Assembly: GCA_000165425.1 (NCBI GenBank)
Contig: CT868041.1
Coordinates: 496,001 to 560,000, forward strand
Reading direction: 5' to 3'
Length of the DNA: 64,000 bases
DNA from: Paramecium tetraurelia
Taxonomy: Eukaryota
Shown: one piece after another, positions 13,547 through 25,219 of the stretch
Layout of the letters: every line of letters starts with the position of its first letter
How positions within the stretch are numbered: position 1 is the first letter of the stretch
Program-made: the position numbers and the translations under genes
Notes under the pieces: model-generated
What the model saw: the letters and a program-made list of their open reading frames with translations, nothing else
What the model was told of the DNA's origin: nothing
Database searches by the model: none

Positions 13547-14926
13547 ATGGACAATGAATTAATAGATATACCAATTGATTATGATGAGCCAAAGTTAGAA
13601 TCATAAGAATCATAGCAAGGATCGTAGGAAACAGTATCTCAAATAATAAGTCTCACTCCAACTAGGGTGTAAAGTGAAATAAATCAAAAGTCCAACATTA
13701 ATATCATTAAATTCCATCTGACTGAGTAAGTCTCTTAAAGTTACACTTAATATTATGAAAATATTTCATATGTCCTTTGCAGTTAAATTAATGATGAACA
13801 ATCAAATACAGTGCATCGGAAATACACTCATTTTGAATGGCTTAATGGTGCATTAAAACGAGAATTTCCTGGATTACTCATTCCAGCCATTCCACCAAAA
13901 ACTGTTTTAGCAAAAATTAATCTAACTGAACAAACTTCAATAATAAGAGAGAAACGATATAAAGTATTTAGGTATTTGATTTTAGCAATTAGAAGAATTT
14001 TTAAACAAAATTAAGGATCATCCTTAATTGTAAGTAAGTAGTAAATTTCTAATTTTTCTTACTGGATCCTCAGAAGTATAAATTGATTCATAGGTTTTAG
14101 GTAATGCAATAGGAACTCTTAGAATTATCCTAATATCAAAATTATGCTTATCAATTGGGATCAGCTATTGCAAATGCTGGATCAAAGGCGTATGACATAG
14201 CCAAAGGATCTTTTAATTATTTAAGTAGTTTTATCTACACTGGATAATAGAATTCCTTAAAGTATTAACAATATCCTGAATAAGAAATTCAATAAGATGT
14301 AAAGGAATGTTTTGAAAGTTGGGAGGATGTATTATTTTATATTATGCTCTCTTTAGTTATTGATTGAAGAATAGTAAAAGGTTAAAAGGATTTTTGAATA
14401 ATACTAAAATATTGTCAATATTAAATAGGAGCAAAATGAAGACACAAGGAAAGTGATAAGTTCTTTGAAAGAACTTGAACATCCTTATTTGGAAAAGGAT
14501 ATTAGCAAAACTGAAGCGAGTTGCTCCATTAATGAGGCCATCTTAAATGAAATTAAGGTGAGTGTCATCTTCAAATTAGAGGTTGTCTATATTTTTAAGA
14601 TAGCTCTGCATTCTTGATATAGATGAAGCTATGGGAACAATTAAGAGAAGATCTGAGTTGATTTATCAGATTTAACAATAGATCAAAATACACAATCAAA
14701 TCGAATCTGTTAATGGTATTATGAAATATATAGTCAAGAAAAAATTTAGTATAAAGAACAAATCAGAGAAAACTAAAAGTTGCTAAAAACAATTGAAACA
14801 AACTTTCAGAATGATATTAAGATATTTGCAAATTGGCTTAACAAGTATCTTGATTAATTAATTCGATTTTATAATGAATAGTTTTAAAAATTATACAGAG
14901 AATAAAACAAAAATTGGAATGAATGA
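13547..14926 (+). CDS. PX-domain sorting nexin with C-terminal BAR-like helical region
   Basis: VHRKYTHFEWLNGALKREFPGLLIPAIPPK...REKRYKQLEEFLNKIKDHPQL is a PX signature. Start at 13541 or 13547; TGA 14924-14926. Confidence 0.88.
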
Positions 14927-14940
14927 TTATATTTATTATT

Positions 14941-16558
14941 ATGAATATTCGATAATTAGATAATATCATTTCATGGCTTCTTTCTAAATTCAAGTCTTCT
15001 CCTTATAGATGGAATGAGTAATAAGTGCATTCCTTTTGCGAATCCGTTGGATTGTAATGGGCTATATCAATTATTACTGTAACCTATTTCATCAATGTTT
15101 AGATTTAAACTGCGCCAAAATAGAGGTCTTAAAATAACTAGGAAGCGAAGCCATAAACAAAATAATTATAAATACCTTTGTTAGATGCCTGCACAAGACA
15201 GTATGAAGAAATATTAGAATTGTGCAATGCTTAAGGCATTTATAAATTGATAAGTCATTCAATGGATATAAACCTTTATTATTAAATCTAGAAATTAAAA
15301 ATATGGTCCCTCATTATCTTGAAATACCAACATTATAGAGAAATATTCAAGAAGCATTATGGATCCAAATTGTTTTCGCAATCAAAATGCAAGAGCTGTA
15401 CTGCTGAAATCAGCTGTGCATGCTAAATATTAAATAGTTTGTTACAGGAAATAGAAATCTATATTAAGAGTATTTATGAACTCCCTAGTACTCAAAATCA
15501 AAATAGAAGAACCTCAATGTATATTAGTTCAGACATTATAAACCTGTTATTAAAATCTATTTCTCATCTGCCTTCATATGATTAGTAACCTCTCTTTTGG
15601 GATATGGATGATATTAGAGTTCTACTACACGTCGTTAAATTTTAGGATTATTATCAATTACTATTTTAAAACTAAATTGATGGATTCATTTTACTAATAC
15701 TAGTCAATCCACCTTTTAAGGGTGATAATTTATTTCTAAAATGTTTATTGATGAGTTAACAAAACTTTTCATAAAAGCCATAAAACTTATTGTATCAAAA
15801 TAGACAAAGTATGGTCAGAAATACTATGTAGACTGCTAGCAAATATCATTAAATTAATCAATTTCTTCATTTATTACACTATTTGTTACAAATATTAAGC
15901 TTAGCTGCCTATAAAAGTTAGGAATCTTACACAGAATATAAACATTTGGGATAGAGAAAAGTCAGTCAAATTAGATGGATATCATTATATTATTTTACAA
16001 ATGACACTTAGGTTGGATAAGGTCATAGAAAATCAACACTCTCTGAATAGTTTAGGAGATCAGCCAAATCATATGGAAATGTAGAGTAATAAATTAAAAA
16101 CAGAAATAAAACAGAGAATTTAGATTAATTTGAAGTTAAAATTATGGTAACAGATCAAAGTTTAGAACAGATAAAAAAATAGTTTAGTCATCCCAATGTT
16201 ACTCACTCAGCTGCAACTTCACCATATGTTCAAAAAGATTCAAATTGGATCAAATCTAAAACTTAAGCAGTAAATTAATTCAATGCAGAAGATAATATTG
16301 ATAGAAGTAGTTCCTTTTTGATGTATGATTATATAAATATTCAAGACCAGATAATGATAGCGTTATGAATGAGCAAGAAAGGGATAGGTAAAATACTGAA
16401 ACCCATGTTTAATTTGAAGAAGATATACTATCAGGTGGCAATGTTAACCAATCATAAGAAGAATAATCATAATAGTTATCCAATTAGGAAGAAGAATTAT
16501 AAGAAACTAATGATTAAATGTAGGAATCAGTTGCATTCATGGCATAATCTGTATTAAT

Positions 16559-16593
<35 letters not shown>

Positions 16594-16606
16594 CATAATA
16601 ATAATC

Positions 16607-16637
<31 letters not shown>

Positions 16638-17685
16638 GCTATGTGTGAGTCTGTAATTTTAGGCTAATTCAGTGGTATGCAATAATCTACTATAATGTAA
16701 CAATCTACTATAATGTAATAATCAGTAATGATGCAATAATCTACAATTATGCAACAATCTACAATAATGCAGTAATCTACAGTTTTAGATAAGTCAATTC
16801 AAATACAACAAATTATTGAATAATAAGATAATTAACGAGTAGAGTACTTATTATAAAATAATTTTTAGATTTAATTTTAGAGATCAATGAAAGATTAAAT
16901 ATTAAAAAGGATAGAAAAACTAACTCTTCAACCATCATTTGATTTATTTTAACTTTAATAATAAACTCATTTGAAATTGAAATGTGATGAATAATAAAAA
17001 GTAAATGTGATTTATAAAATTAGTTAAAAGTTGTAAACATTTAAGGGGCTAGTTTTGGTAGGAATGAAGATTGCACATTTGCCTATACAGATCATTCTAA
17101 AATTAGTAGCAAACATAGCTAAATATAATATAAAGATAGTAATATTTATAAATAAGTTGACAGAGGCATTTTATTTGATTGATGTTGGATCAAAAGGGGG
17201 TACTTTTGTGAAGATAAACCATAATTTTGTAATTGAAAAAGATATGTCTGTTTACATTGGCAATCGGTTTGCATTCAAAATAATTGACATTAACACAGAG
17301 ACAGGATTTTTGGAAGTCAGGTATGAGCATGAAGGGACAGCAAAACACAAATAAATATAATTGAAAAGAGGGGATAAATTTTTGATAGGAAGAGAAAAAT
17401 CGAAAAATAATTTTACTTTTATGCATTCTTAGTAAATTTATAATAAAGAATTTTAGATGCAATAGATTAATGAGTGCCAAACATATGGAAATATATTATG
17501 ATTATAATTTTAAGGCTGGATCAGTGAAGTTAATGATAAACGATTTAGAAAGCAAGAATGGAACGTGGTTACGATTAAGCGAAAAACAAGTTGTTAGTGC
17601 TCCTTTTCATTTATAAAAAGGAATTAAGTTTAATTTATCATTTGAATTGATGTTCGATGTCTTTGAAATGGTATGTGATGTATGA
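14941..17685 (+). CDS. Tandem-FHA-domain protein with possible degenerate N-terminal SAM, polyQ and hexapeptide repeats
   Basis: FHA1: SFGRNEDC..ISSKHSQI..FYLIDVGSKGGTFVKI. FHA2: FLIGREKS..MSAKHMEI..DLESKNGTWLRL. N-terminal PYRWNEQQVHSFCESVGL is SAM-like. Confidence 0.82.
16560..16637 (+). repeat. (TAA)n microsatellite encoding polyglutamine
   Basis: 26 in-frame codons, 24 TAA plus 2 TCA, inside the FHA gene. Confidence 0.9.
16677..16784 (+). repeat. 18-nt tandem repeat x6 encoding MQQS(T/V)(I/M/V)
   Basis: ATGCAATAATCTACTATA-like units give MQQSTI MQQSTI MQQSVM MQQSTI MQQSTI MQQSTV. Confidence 0.85.
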
Positions 17686-17721
17686 TTAATGATATATGAA
17701 TAAATACAAATTAATATAATT

Positions 17722-18703
17722 ATGAGTTAGAAATTACAAATTATTGGAAGAAAGTTAGTTGTAGTGATTGCAGCAAGTGTTTACTCTCTGCATTATTGGA
17801 TTAATTTCAATCTATGGATAACTGAAGAGTTAAACATACTATTGTATATACATATGATAACTTTGAACTTGGTTTTCATAATGCTGTTCTGGTGCTTTTT
17901 CGTGATTTAAAAAATTGATCCAGGAAGACCAAAAAAGTAAATTGACAGATTAAGATAGAGCAGATGAATATAATTAATCGCCATTTTCAAAGAAAGGATT
18001 CTGTCAATAATGTAAATGTCCAAAACCAGAACGTTGCCATGTATAATTTCAAAATATATTTTCAGCATTGCTCAATTTGTGATCGTTGTGTATTACAAAT
18101 GGATCATCATTGTCCATGGATAAATACATGTGTTGGTTATTAAAACCGAAAGTAATTCATATTGCTCTTATTTTATGCATTGCTATTTAACTCTCTTACT
18201 ATTGTAAGCACAACTAAGTCATATTTACTTTCATTTCAATTTTCATATTTTAACATAATCTATGGTTTGATTTGTCTTAGTAACTATGTCTTAGTGTTTT
18301 TACTTTTTGGTTTTTTAAAATATCATCTTGAATTATTATAAAAAAATCAAACCACATTAGAGGATTTGATTAGTAAAAATAATCAAATTATATTTAATCT
18401 ATATGATATTGATCCACATACAAATATTTGCTAGATTTTTGGGGAAAATAAATTATTATGGCTATTTCCAATATATACAGGCCAAGGATGTGACGATGGA
18501 AATTCATTCCCGAAAAATGAATATAAAGTAATGTAAACTCCTTCTCCATAAGTGATATCAGTGTAAGAATTCAGATTTATAATAGTTTATATGAATAACA
18601 ATAAATAAGCAGCGATAAAAACAAAAGTGAACATCCAATTATCCAATCTTTATTTAGAAGAGAAATGGAGAAGTAGAAGATTAATGAAATTATGAAAAAT
18701 TGA
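17722..18703 (+). CDS. DHHC palmitoyl acyltransferase
   Basis: [57 protein letters not shown] motif; four TMs. Confidence 0.95.
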
Positions 18704-19089
18704 TTCACTCTCTAATTTATTATTATTTCCAATTATTTATATAAAACAAACATATTGTATATATATTAAATTTTTACAATAATTCTTAATTAAGACATAA
18801 TCTAATATAATCTAATTTTATTGCTAATTGATGGATTGTTAATAAATTCAAATTTAGTAAAAATTATTAAATGGAAAATAAATTTTAAGCTTTCAAATTT
18901 TTAATTAAAACATTTAAAATCATTACAAAAACTAACTAATTTGTAGACCTTTTCTTAAGATTTGAAAATTTACTTAAGTTCTCTCAGGAATATGCTTGAT
19001 TTATTCTTCATCAGCTAAACATTGTTTTATTATTAAAATATAAATATATTTTTTAAACACAATTTTATTTAGATAATTATCATTATTGA

Positions 19090-20952
19090 ATGGGATAAAT
19101 TTTAAGCTCTTAATGTTGTGAAAATAAGGTAGAGCCACCAAAATCTCTGTTATAAGAGGGATAGCTTTCGAATTTGAACCAAGACTATTAATATTTCTTT
19201 AGTTAGGATTGGTTTGGTGTTGAGAAACCTTAATTCGAACCTTAAAAATTTATCTTTATTTATCCTGGATATAAGGAAGACTAGTAACAAATGGAAAAAG
19301 TCTGGTCAAAGGCTGATACAATAAATTTAAGGCATGGTGAATTAGTTCGACAAAAAGGAAAAGTATTAAATAAGAAATGGCAATATTTATTCAGAAAGTA
19401 AATTATTGAGTGATCAATAGAGGTGTTCCATGTTCCTTATCTAAAAAATTAATATTGGATACTTTTAGGTTAACTTATGTTGATTGTGAAGCAGAATATT
19501 TATCTGCGTTAAAGGTTGTGTTCAAAAATAAACAAATTCCTAAAACTTTTAAAAATGTTCCTCTCTTTGGTTGCAATAGTTATGAAGATGACGACGAAGA
19601 GTTTAATTACTTAAATGAGAGTGAGAAAAAAATCTAATTACTACTGAAAGTTTAGATTTTAAATCAATAAGGAATGGAAGCATTAATTAGGTTACTTTGG
19701 ATTGTGAACAATTTAAATCATTTCTTGGAATACAACCCAATGCTAGTTCACATAATAGTTCTGCTTCTTATATTTTTAAGTGAGGCTTAGACTTATTCTG
19801 TATTGTAATTCATGATAAAAGATTCATAATAAAGTTTGAATGATACTTAGACAAAATAAGAATTACGATGGCATTTAATAATGAATGAAGAGCATTTTAA
19901 AGAGTAATTATTAAATTCATAACTAGAACAGCTACTACATTTTATGAATCTGTCAGTAGAAGGAGCAAGACATTTAGTAATATCTATACATAGATGTAAA
20001 ATATTCAGTTCGATTCATTTGAATTGTTTTAAGAGATGTCTATTAGTTTAATGTTAACTTACCTGCCATTTTCTTCAGTTTTAAAAATATTTATTATATA
20101 TTTGAATGAAGGAATTAAGATATATTTTAGAATATTTTACTCTGTTTTGATATATGTTTCAGATGATATAAAGTCATGCAAATCTTGTTCTAATTTTAAA
20201 GCAATTTTAAGAAAGAAATTAATGAATTTAAATATAGAAGAATAAAACAACATTATTAAACAAGCATTTAAATTAAATTTAAGTGAAAGTGAACAAGTTC
20301 AATCTTTTATGAAGACAACAGTTTAATAAACTAAAAATTAACCATGCTATTTACCTATCCCATCATAGGCATCAGACTTAATTACAAATGAATAGGCATT
20401 TATAGATATATGATATTTAGTTAGTTTGAAATATTATGGGATTGGATGCCTAATTTATACAAATTAAGTGACCCATTTTTAATATTTGCATCAAAGACAG
20501 ATGGACATTCATTAAAATAATTATATGGCAAATGTCAAGAATTTACTGACTATCCTGTTCTCTTGGTAATCTAAACAAATTAAAACATTGTATGCATTTG
20601 TGTTACTTTAATAGATTTTCGGTGCTTTTTGTGATAAGATGTTAGAAATAAAAAATAAGTATGTGGGTTCAATTGAAACGTTTTTATTCACTCTGGAACC
20701 TGATAAGAGAAAATACAATCCAACATCAGGAAATAGAGATTTTATGATGTGTGCTCCAGACTATTTAGCATTTGGAAGTGGCAAGTAATTCATAGATCAA
20801 TCTTTAGGAATGGACCTGCATTTTAGATTGATTCAGAATTAAATAAAGGTTTCACTTATCAAAGTGATACTTATGATAATCCATTATTTACAGACTAGAA
20901 AACTTAAAATAAATTCAAATGCTTATGCATTGAAGTTTATTATCTAAAATGA
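19090..20952 (+). CDS. TBC + TLDc domain protein (TBC1D24/Skywalker-like)
   Basis: Divergent TBC (INRGVPCSL, LEYNPMLVHIIVLLLIFLSE). TLDc: IFASKTDGHSLKQLY..FGAF..GSIETFLF..LAFGSG..DSELNKGFT..TYDNPLF..IEVY. N-terminus MGQILSSQCC. Confidence 0.88.
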
Positions 20953-20969
20953 TATTATATTTATTATAA

Positions 20970-21815
20970 ATGAAATATACAGTGTTAGTTTTACTTTTGT
21001 TTTTCTTAGAAAGTTAAACTTAGGTTCTAGTGACACCGAGAGTGTAATGTAGAACAAAAAAGTGTGAGGGTGATAACTTCTGTTTTCAAGGTTATTGTAC
21101 TCCATGTGAGGGCCCAAGAAGTTTATGTACATGATTTTATTCAATTATTTAAAGGGATGAAAAGAAAGCCTTAATGGGGAACAAAAGTTGGAGAGGCCCT
21201 AAACGTGCCTGCTTATTCTAATTTTGGCGATCTTGATGTTTTAGACCCAAATAAGGATGAATATTTGTTAGATTCTCAAATAAATTTTGGAGAAGAAATC
21301 TATATCGGATAAAAGTAAATAAGACCTATATTTCTAGATATTAATGTGTTCATTATGCAAGGAGATTTTGGATCACTAACTACAATACCACATTTGGTTC
21401 AGTTGAAAGGGCTGAATAAATATTTGATCTCTAAGAAGCATATAACTTTGATATAAAATAGAATATATCACTAAAGAAATTTTAGAATGGTGGCGTAGAA
21501 CCACCTAAAGTTGGTGATTTGTTGATTTGGTAAAAAGATGAAGGAGAATTTCCTTATGGACATGTTGCAGTTGTTATTTCTATTGAAGCTGAATCTGCTT
21601 ATCCTCATATTTTGATTGCAGAATAAAATTACGATTAGGCATGGGATACAAGAAACTTCGCTAGAGCATTAAAAATTACAAAAGGGGAGAATAGAGAAAT
21701 AATTATATCCAATAATAGGCAGACATTCCCCAGTAAAGATGATTTGAAGTGTAGAGATGACGAAATAGCATCTCATGGTGTCATTCTAGGCTGGGTTCGT
21801 TTGGAATTACAATGA
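20970..21815 (+). CDS. Secreted CHAP-domain amidase, glutathionylspermidine-amidase-like (copy A)
   Basis: Signal peptide MKYTVLVLLLFFLESQT; Cys-rich module; PAYSN..YIGQKYQCVHYARRF..FQNGG..PKVGDLLIW..YGHVAVV..IAEQN..ILGWVR. Introns 21127-21154 and 21315-21337. Confidence 0.9.
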
Positions 21816-21830
21816 TTAATTTATAAAAAA

Positions 21831-22667
21831 ATGCATTTTTTAATATTGATGTAAAATCTAATTATCATTCAGAAATCTATTCTTAGGATTGGTAATTGCC
21901 ATTAAACCAGACTGTGATAATCTATGCGATGGTGATCATTTTTGTTATTTTGGTTAATGCTAGTCTTGTAGTTAATACAGAAGAGATTGTAAGAAAACAG
22001 AATATTCCTATAGGGGCCGAATAAGTACCAGATTTTGGAGTTGTGATTGGCTAAGGCAATAAAATACCTGCATATTCTTGCTAAAATGACACTCAACATA
22101 TAGCTGATCTGCCACATTATTTGTAGCCATAAGAATCCGGTTTAAATTAAACAGTTTATGTTGGAATGAGGTTCTTTATTAATATTTAAAAATAGATATC
22201 AATGTGTTCATTATGCAAGGTATTATTGGATTTTGAAATATGCATCTGCATTTCCTGATATTGATACAGCAGATCAAATATTTGATTTAGATTTTGCATA
22301 TGATTATTTAAATGGAGGTAAAAGGCAGATTCTTCAATTTAAAAATGGAGGAAAAGAAAAACCTTTACCAGGAGATCTAGTGATTTGGAATAAAAGTGAA
22401 CCATATTATCCTTTCGGACACGTTGCAGTAGTTTTGGACGTACAATTATCTGAAGATCATCCTTTTGTTACCATAGGAGAATAGAACTATGATGATATTT
22501 GGGATTCTCAATACTACGCACGAAAATTATAGGTTACAAAAAATGACTTAGGAAACTATTACATTGTTAACAAACGAGAGATAACTAATTTACATCCATC
22601 AGAAAAATGTCGAGATTATAGTGGAAGTGCAAATGATGCTATAATTGGATGGGTTAGACTAATATGA
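21831..22667 (+). CDS. Secreted CHAP-domain amidase, glutathionylspermidine-amidase-like (copy B)
   Basis: Signal peptide MHFLILINLFLGLVIA; Cys-rich module; YVGMRYQCVHYARYY..FKNGG..PLPGDLVIW..FGHVAVV..IGEQN..IIGWVR. Introns 21851-21872, 21989-22013 and 22171-22195. Confidence 0.9.
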
Positions 22668-22973
22668 TATTATATTGAAAATTAATTTAAAAATAATTTT
22701 CACTCTTGCTCATCCTAGACTTCTGTGTGATTCATATTTATTGAAAATAAATAGAGATATGATGTTCTCAAAATTCTATTTCTTAAAAATACTAATTATT
22801 ATATTAATAATTTTTGTAAATAATTTCTTCAAAACTAAATTTATAAAGTACTATCTCCCATTGTTAATTTAGAAGTCAAATTACTTAAAAGAATCATAAA
22901 CTAGATTATAAAATTAATATTAAACAATATTTTATTAATATCAGTATAAATAATGAATGCTTATTTAATAAAT

Positions 22974-24583
22974 TCAATCTGGACCATCATTAGCAAATAG
23001 GCATAAGAAATCTTAGCCCAAAGAGGTCTGGAAGGGAACCTTAACTGGTAACTTAGCTTAATTTTTATTAATTGAAGAGCTATTATTATATTTTATAACT
23101 ATCTAGGGTTCGTTGGCTCTAAATCCATGAGCTGATGTAATTTAATTACTTAAAGGGGAATATGACAAGTTAGATAATCCAATGTTGTTGAATTTAAGAT
23201 TAGCCGATTAAGGATGTTTATAGTTGATGTTATTTTTTTCTAACGTAATATAATTTAATACTTCCTTCATCAGTGTGATATCCATCTTTAGATTGAAACT
23301 TATTAAGATCTGACTTTATTGTTCATTTTAAAAAAGCCAAGATCAAATTCATCAAGATCATCATTAAAGTTGTTGTTAACTAAAATTAATTCTAAGTGTT
23401 TCTTACCTTTGTCATCAATTTAGGCATACATATTCTTAATGGGGATATCATGATTAGCTAATGAATCAACAGCCTCAAGAGGTAAATCCAACCCTGTGGC
23501 CTTAGGAGGAGTTTTATGTCTTGAAGGAGGACGATCGTTGTTGTCTAAATTATCAATAAAATTGTCAGTAGGTTTTCTTCTCTGTCCTGAACGTATAGAG
23601 AGTAGATCCTATATAATAAAGGTAATAAATACTTTGGGTGAATTTAACACATTAGTTATAATAGGAATGCATTTCTTAATTTTCTGAATCATCCTCTTAA
23701 ATGATATTGGCGTGACAATCAAAGATCTAAAATTCAGAATCTTTTTTTTCAGTTGTATTTTGCTAAACTTCATTGGTTGAATTGGCAAACCTTTTTCTTC
23801 TGGCTCCCTCTGATGTTTATGGTCTGTTTAGAGTAGCAGTTGCCTTCCTCATACTAATTATGGGTTCCTCAAGTTATTTTTAAACAAATGATTTGTTCTT
23901 TTAGATTTGAGGCTCCTCTTGCTGTTAAGTTGGCAGTTACAAGTTGTGATCACCTTCGCTGTCAGCTTCATTCGATTCATTTGAATCTATATCGACATTA
24001 TCAACTTCCATGATTTCAACATCATCATTGTCTCTAGGTGTGAGTTACGGATCTTCGTAATTATATGCAATAACATTATCACATTGGAATTTTGGTTCGA
24101 AGGTATTTAATTATTAATGTCTATGGTCTACTCTACTATTCGCACGAGTGAAATGCTCTTGAGTTTTATTGAGTAAAAGTCCTAGAGGGCTTAAAGGAGG
24201 CTCTTCCACTCTTTGGTGCATCATCATATCTTTTTTCAACACTCCTTCTTTTCATCATTCCTTAAAATGAACCGGCATAGATTTTTGAGATCTATTGGAT
24301 GTTACTTTGGTAACTTTTAGGAGGCTATCTACTTTAGGATGAATGGTACTCACATTGCTTTTGTGTATGGATTGGGTGCCTAATGAGAAACAGTGATCAA
24401 TGGTTGCTGATAGGGACTCTTCAGAGATAATTTATCTTTTCGAGATTGATTTGGTGCAGTTCCTCCTCTCTTAGGATTTTCTCTAAGCTAAATAAACTCC
24501 TCATGCAAATACCCTTGATTAGCAAACCAACTCAGGTAAAATGGTTGTTATTATTGATCCTTCTAACTTTTGGGTTTAAACAT
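22974..24583 (-). CDS. Hypothetical largely disordered protein ending in TSLGQDFLCLFA
   Basis: ATG TTT AAA CCC at 24583. Frame restored by a GTG..TAG intron and at least one GTA..TAG intron; ends KVPFQTSLGQDFLCLFANDGPD-TGA. Confidence 0.75.
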
Positions 24584-24593
24584 ATTATTAAAT

Positions 24594-25125
24594 ATGAAAC
24601 CCAAATCCAAGAAAGAAATTCTAGCAAAACTAATGCAAAAAGTCCCCCTTCTACGGGAGCATACACTGAAGTTAGATAACTATGTTAGACAACCAATAAC
24701 AAAAAGTCCCAATTCATGTGACTCAAATGATGGTCTCAAGATAAGCAGAAACAATCCCAGATACTACTACCATTCATCAGTTAGTACCAGGATTCAAGAT
24801 TAATAATTAATCCACTTACAAATTAAATGGTAGTTCTGGGAGGAAGTGTAGGGACAAATCCCGTTCAATTACTAAGTTTAAAAGATAGCCTTCATTTTCA
24901 TTAAATTCTACTATCTCAAAGATTAATTTGTCTCCGAGACCAACCAAACCATTCAAATAGAAAAAGTACGCAGAAACCTCACATACATTTAGAAGAAACA
25001 CTCCTCGTCGAACATTTGTATTGCAGTCTATTAATTAAGATTATTCTCATAAACCAACTTATTGGAATATTGATAGATGGGACACTTACGATGATAGAAA
25101 TGATAGCAAATCATTTATTTTTTGA
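24594..25125 (+). CDS. Hypothetical small basic disordered protein
   Basis: MKPKSKKEILAKLMQKVPLLRE...; ends WDTYDDRNDSKSFIF-TGA. The span is not a multiple of 3, so an unlocated tiny intron is likely. Confidence 0.7.
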
Positions 25126-25219
25126 TTTATACTGCTTCATCTATAAATAAATCTAATTAAATAATAACATGAAATGAAATTTTTCATTTCTTTGCACTTA
25201 TACTTAATTATATTTACAA

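Noticed and set aside
16560..16784. Possible CRISPR-like or telomeric repeat array
   Set aside because: No spacers and not a C4A2/C3A3 repeat; these are in-frame coding repeats of a eukaryotic gene.
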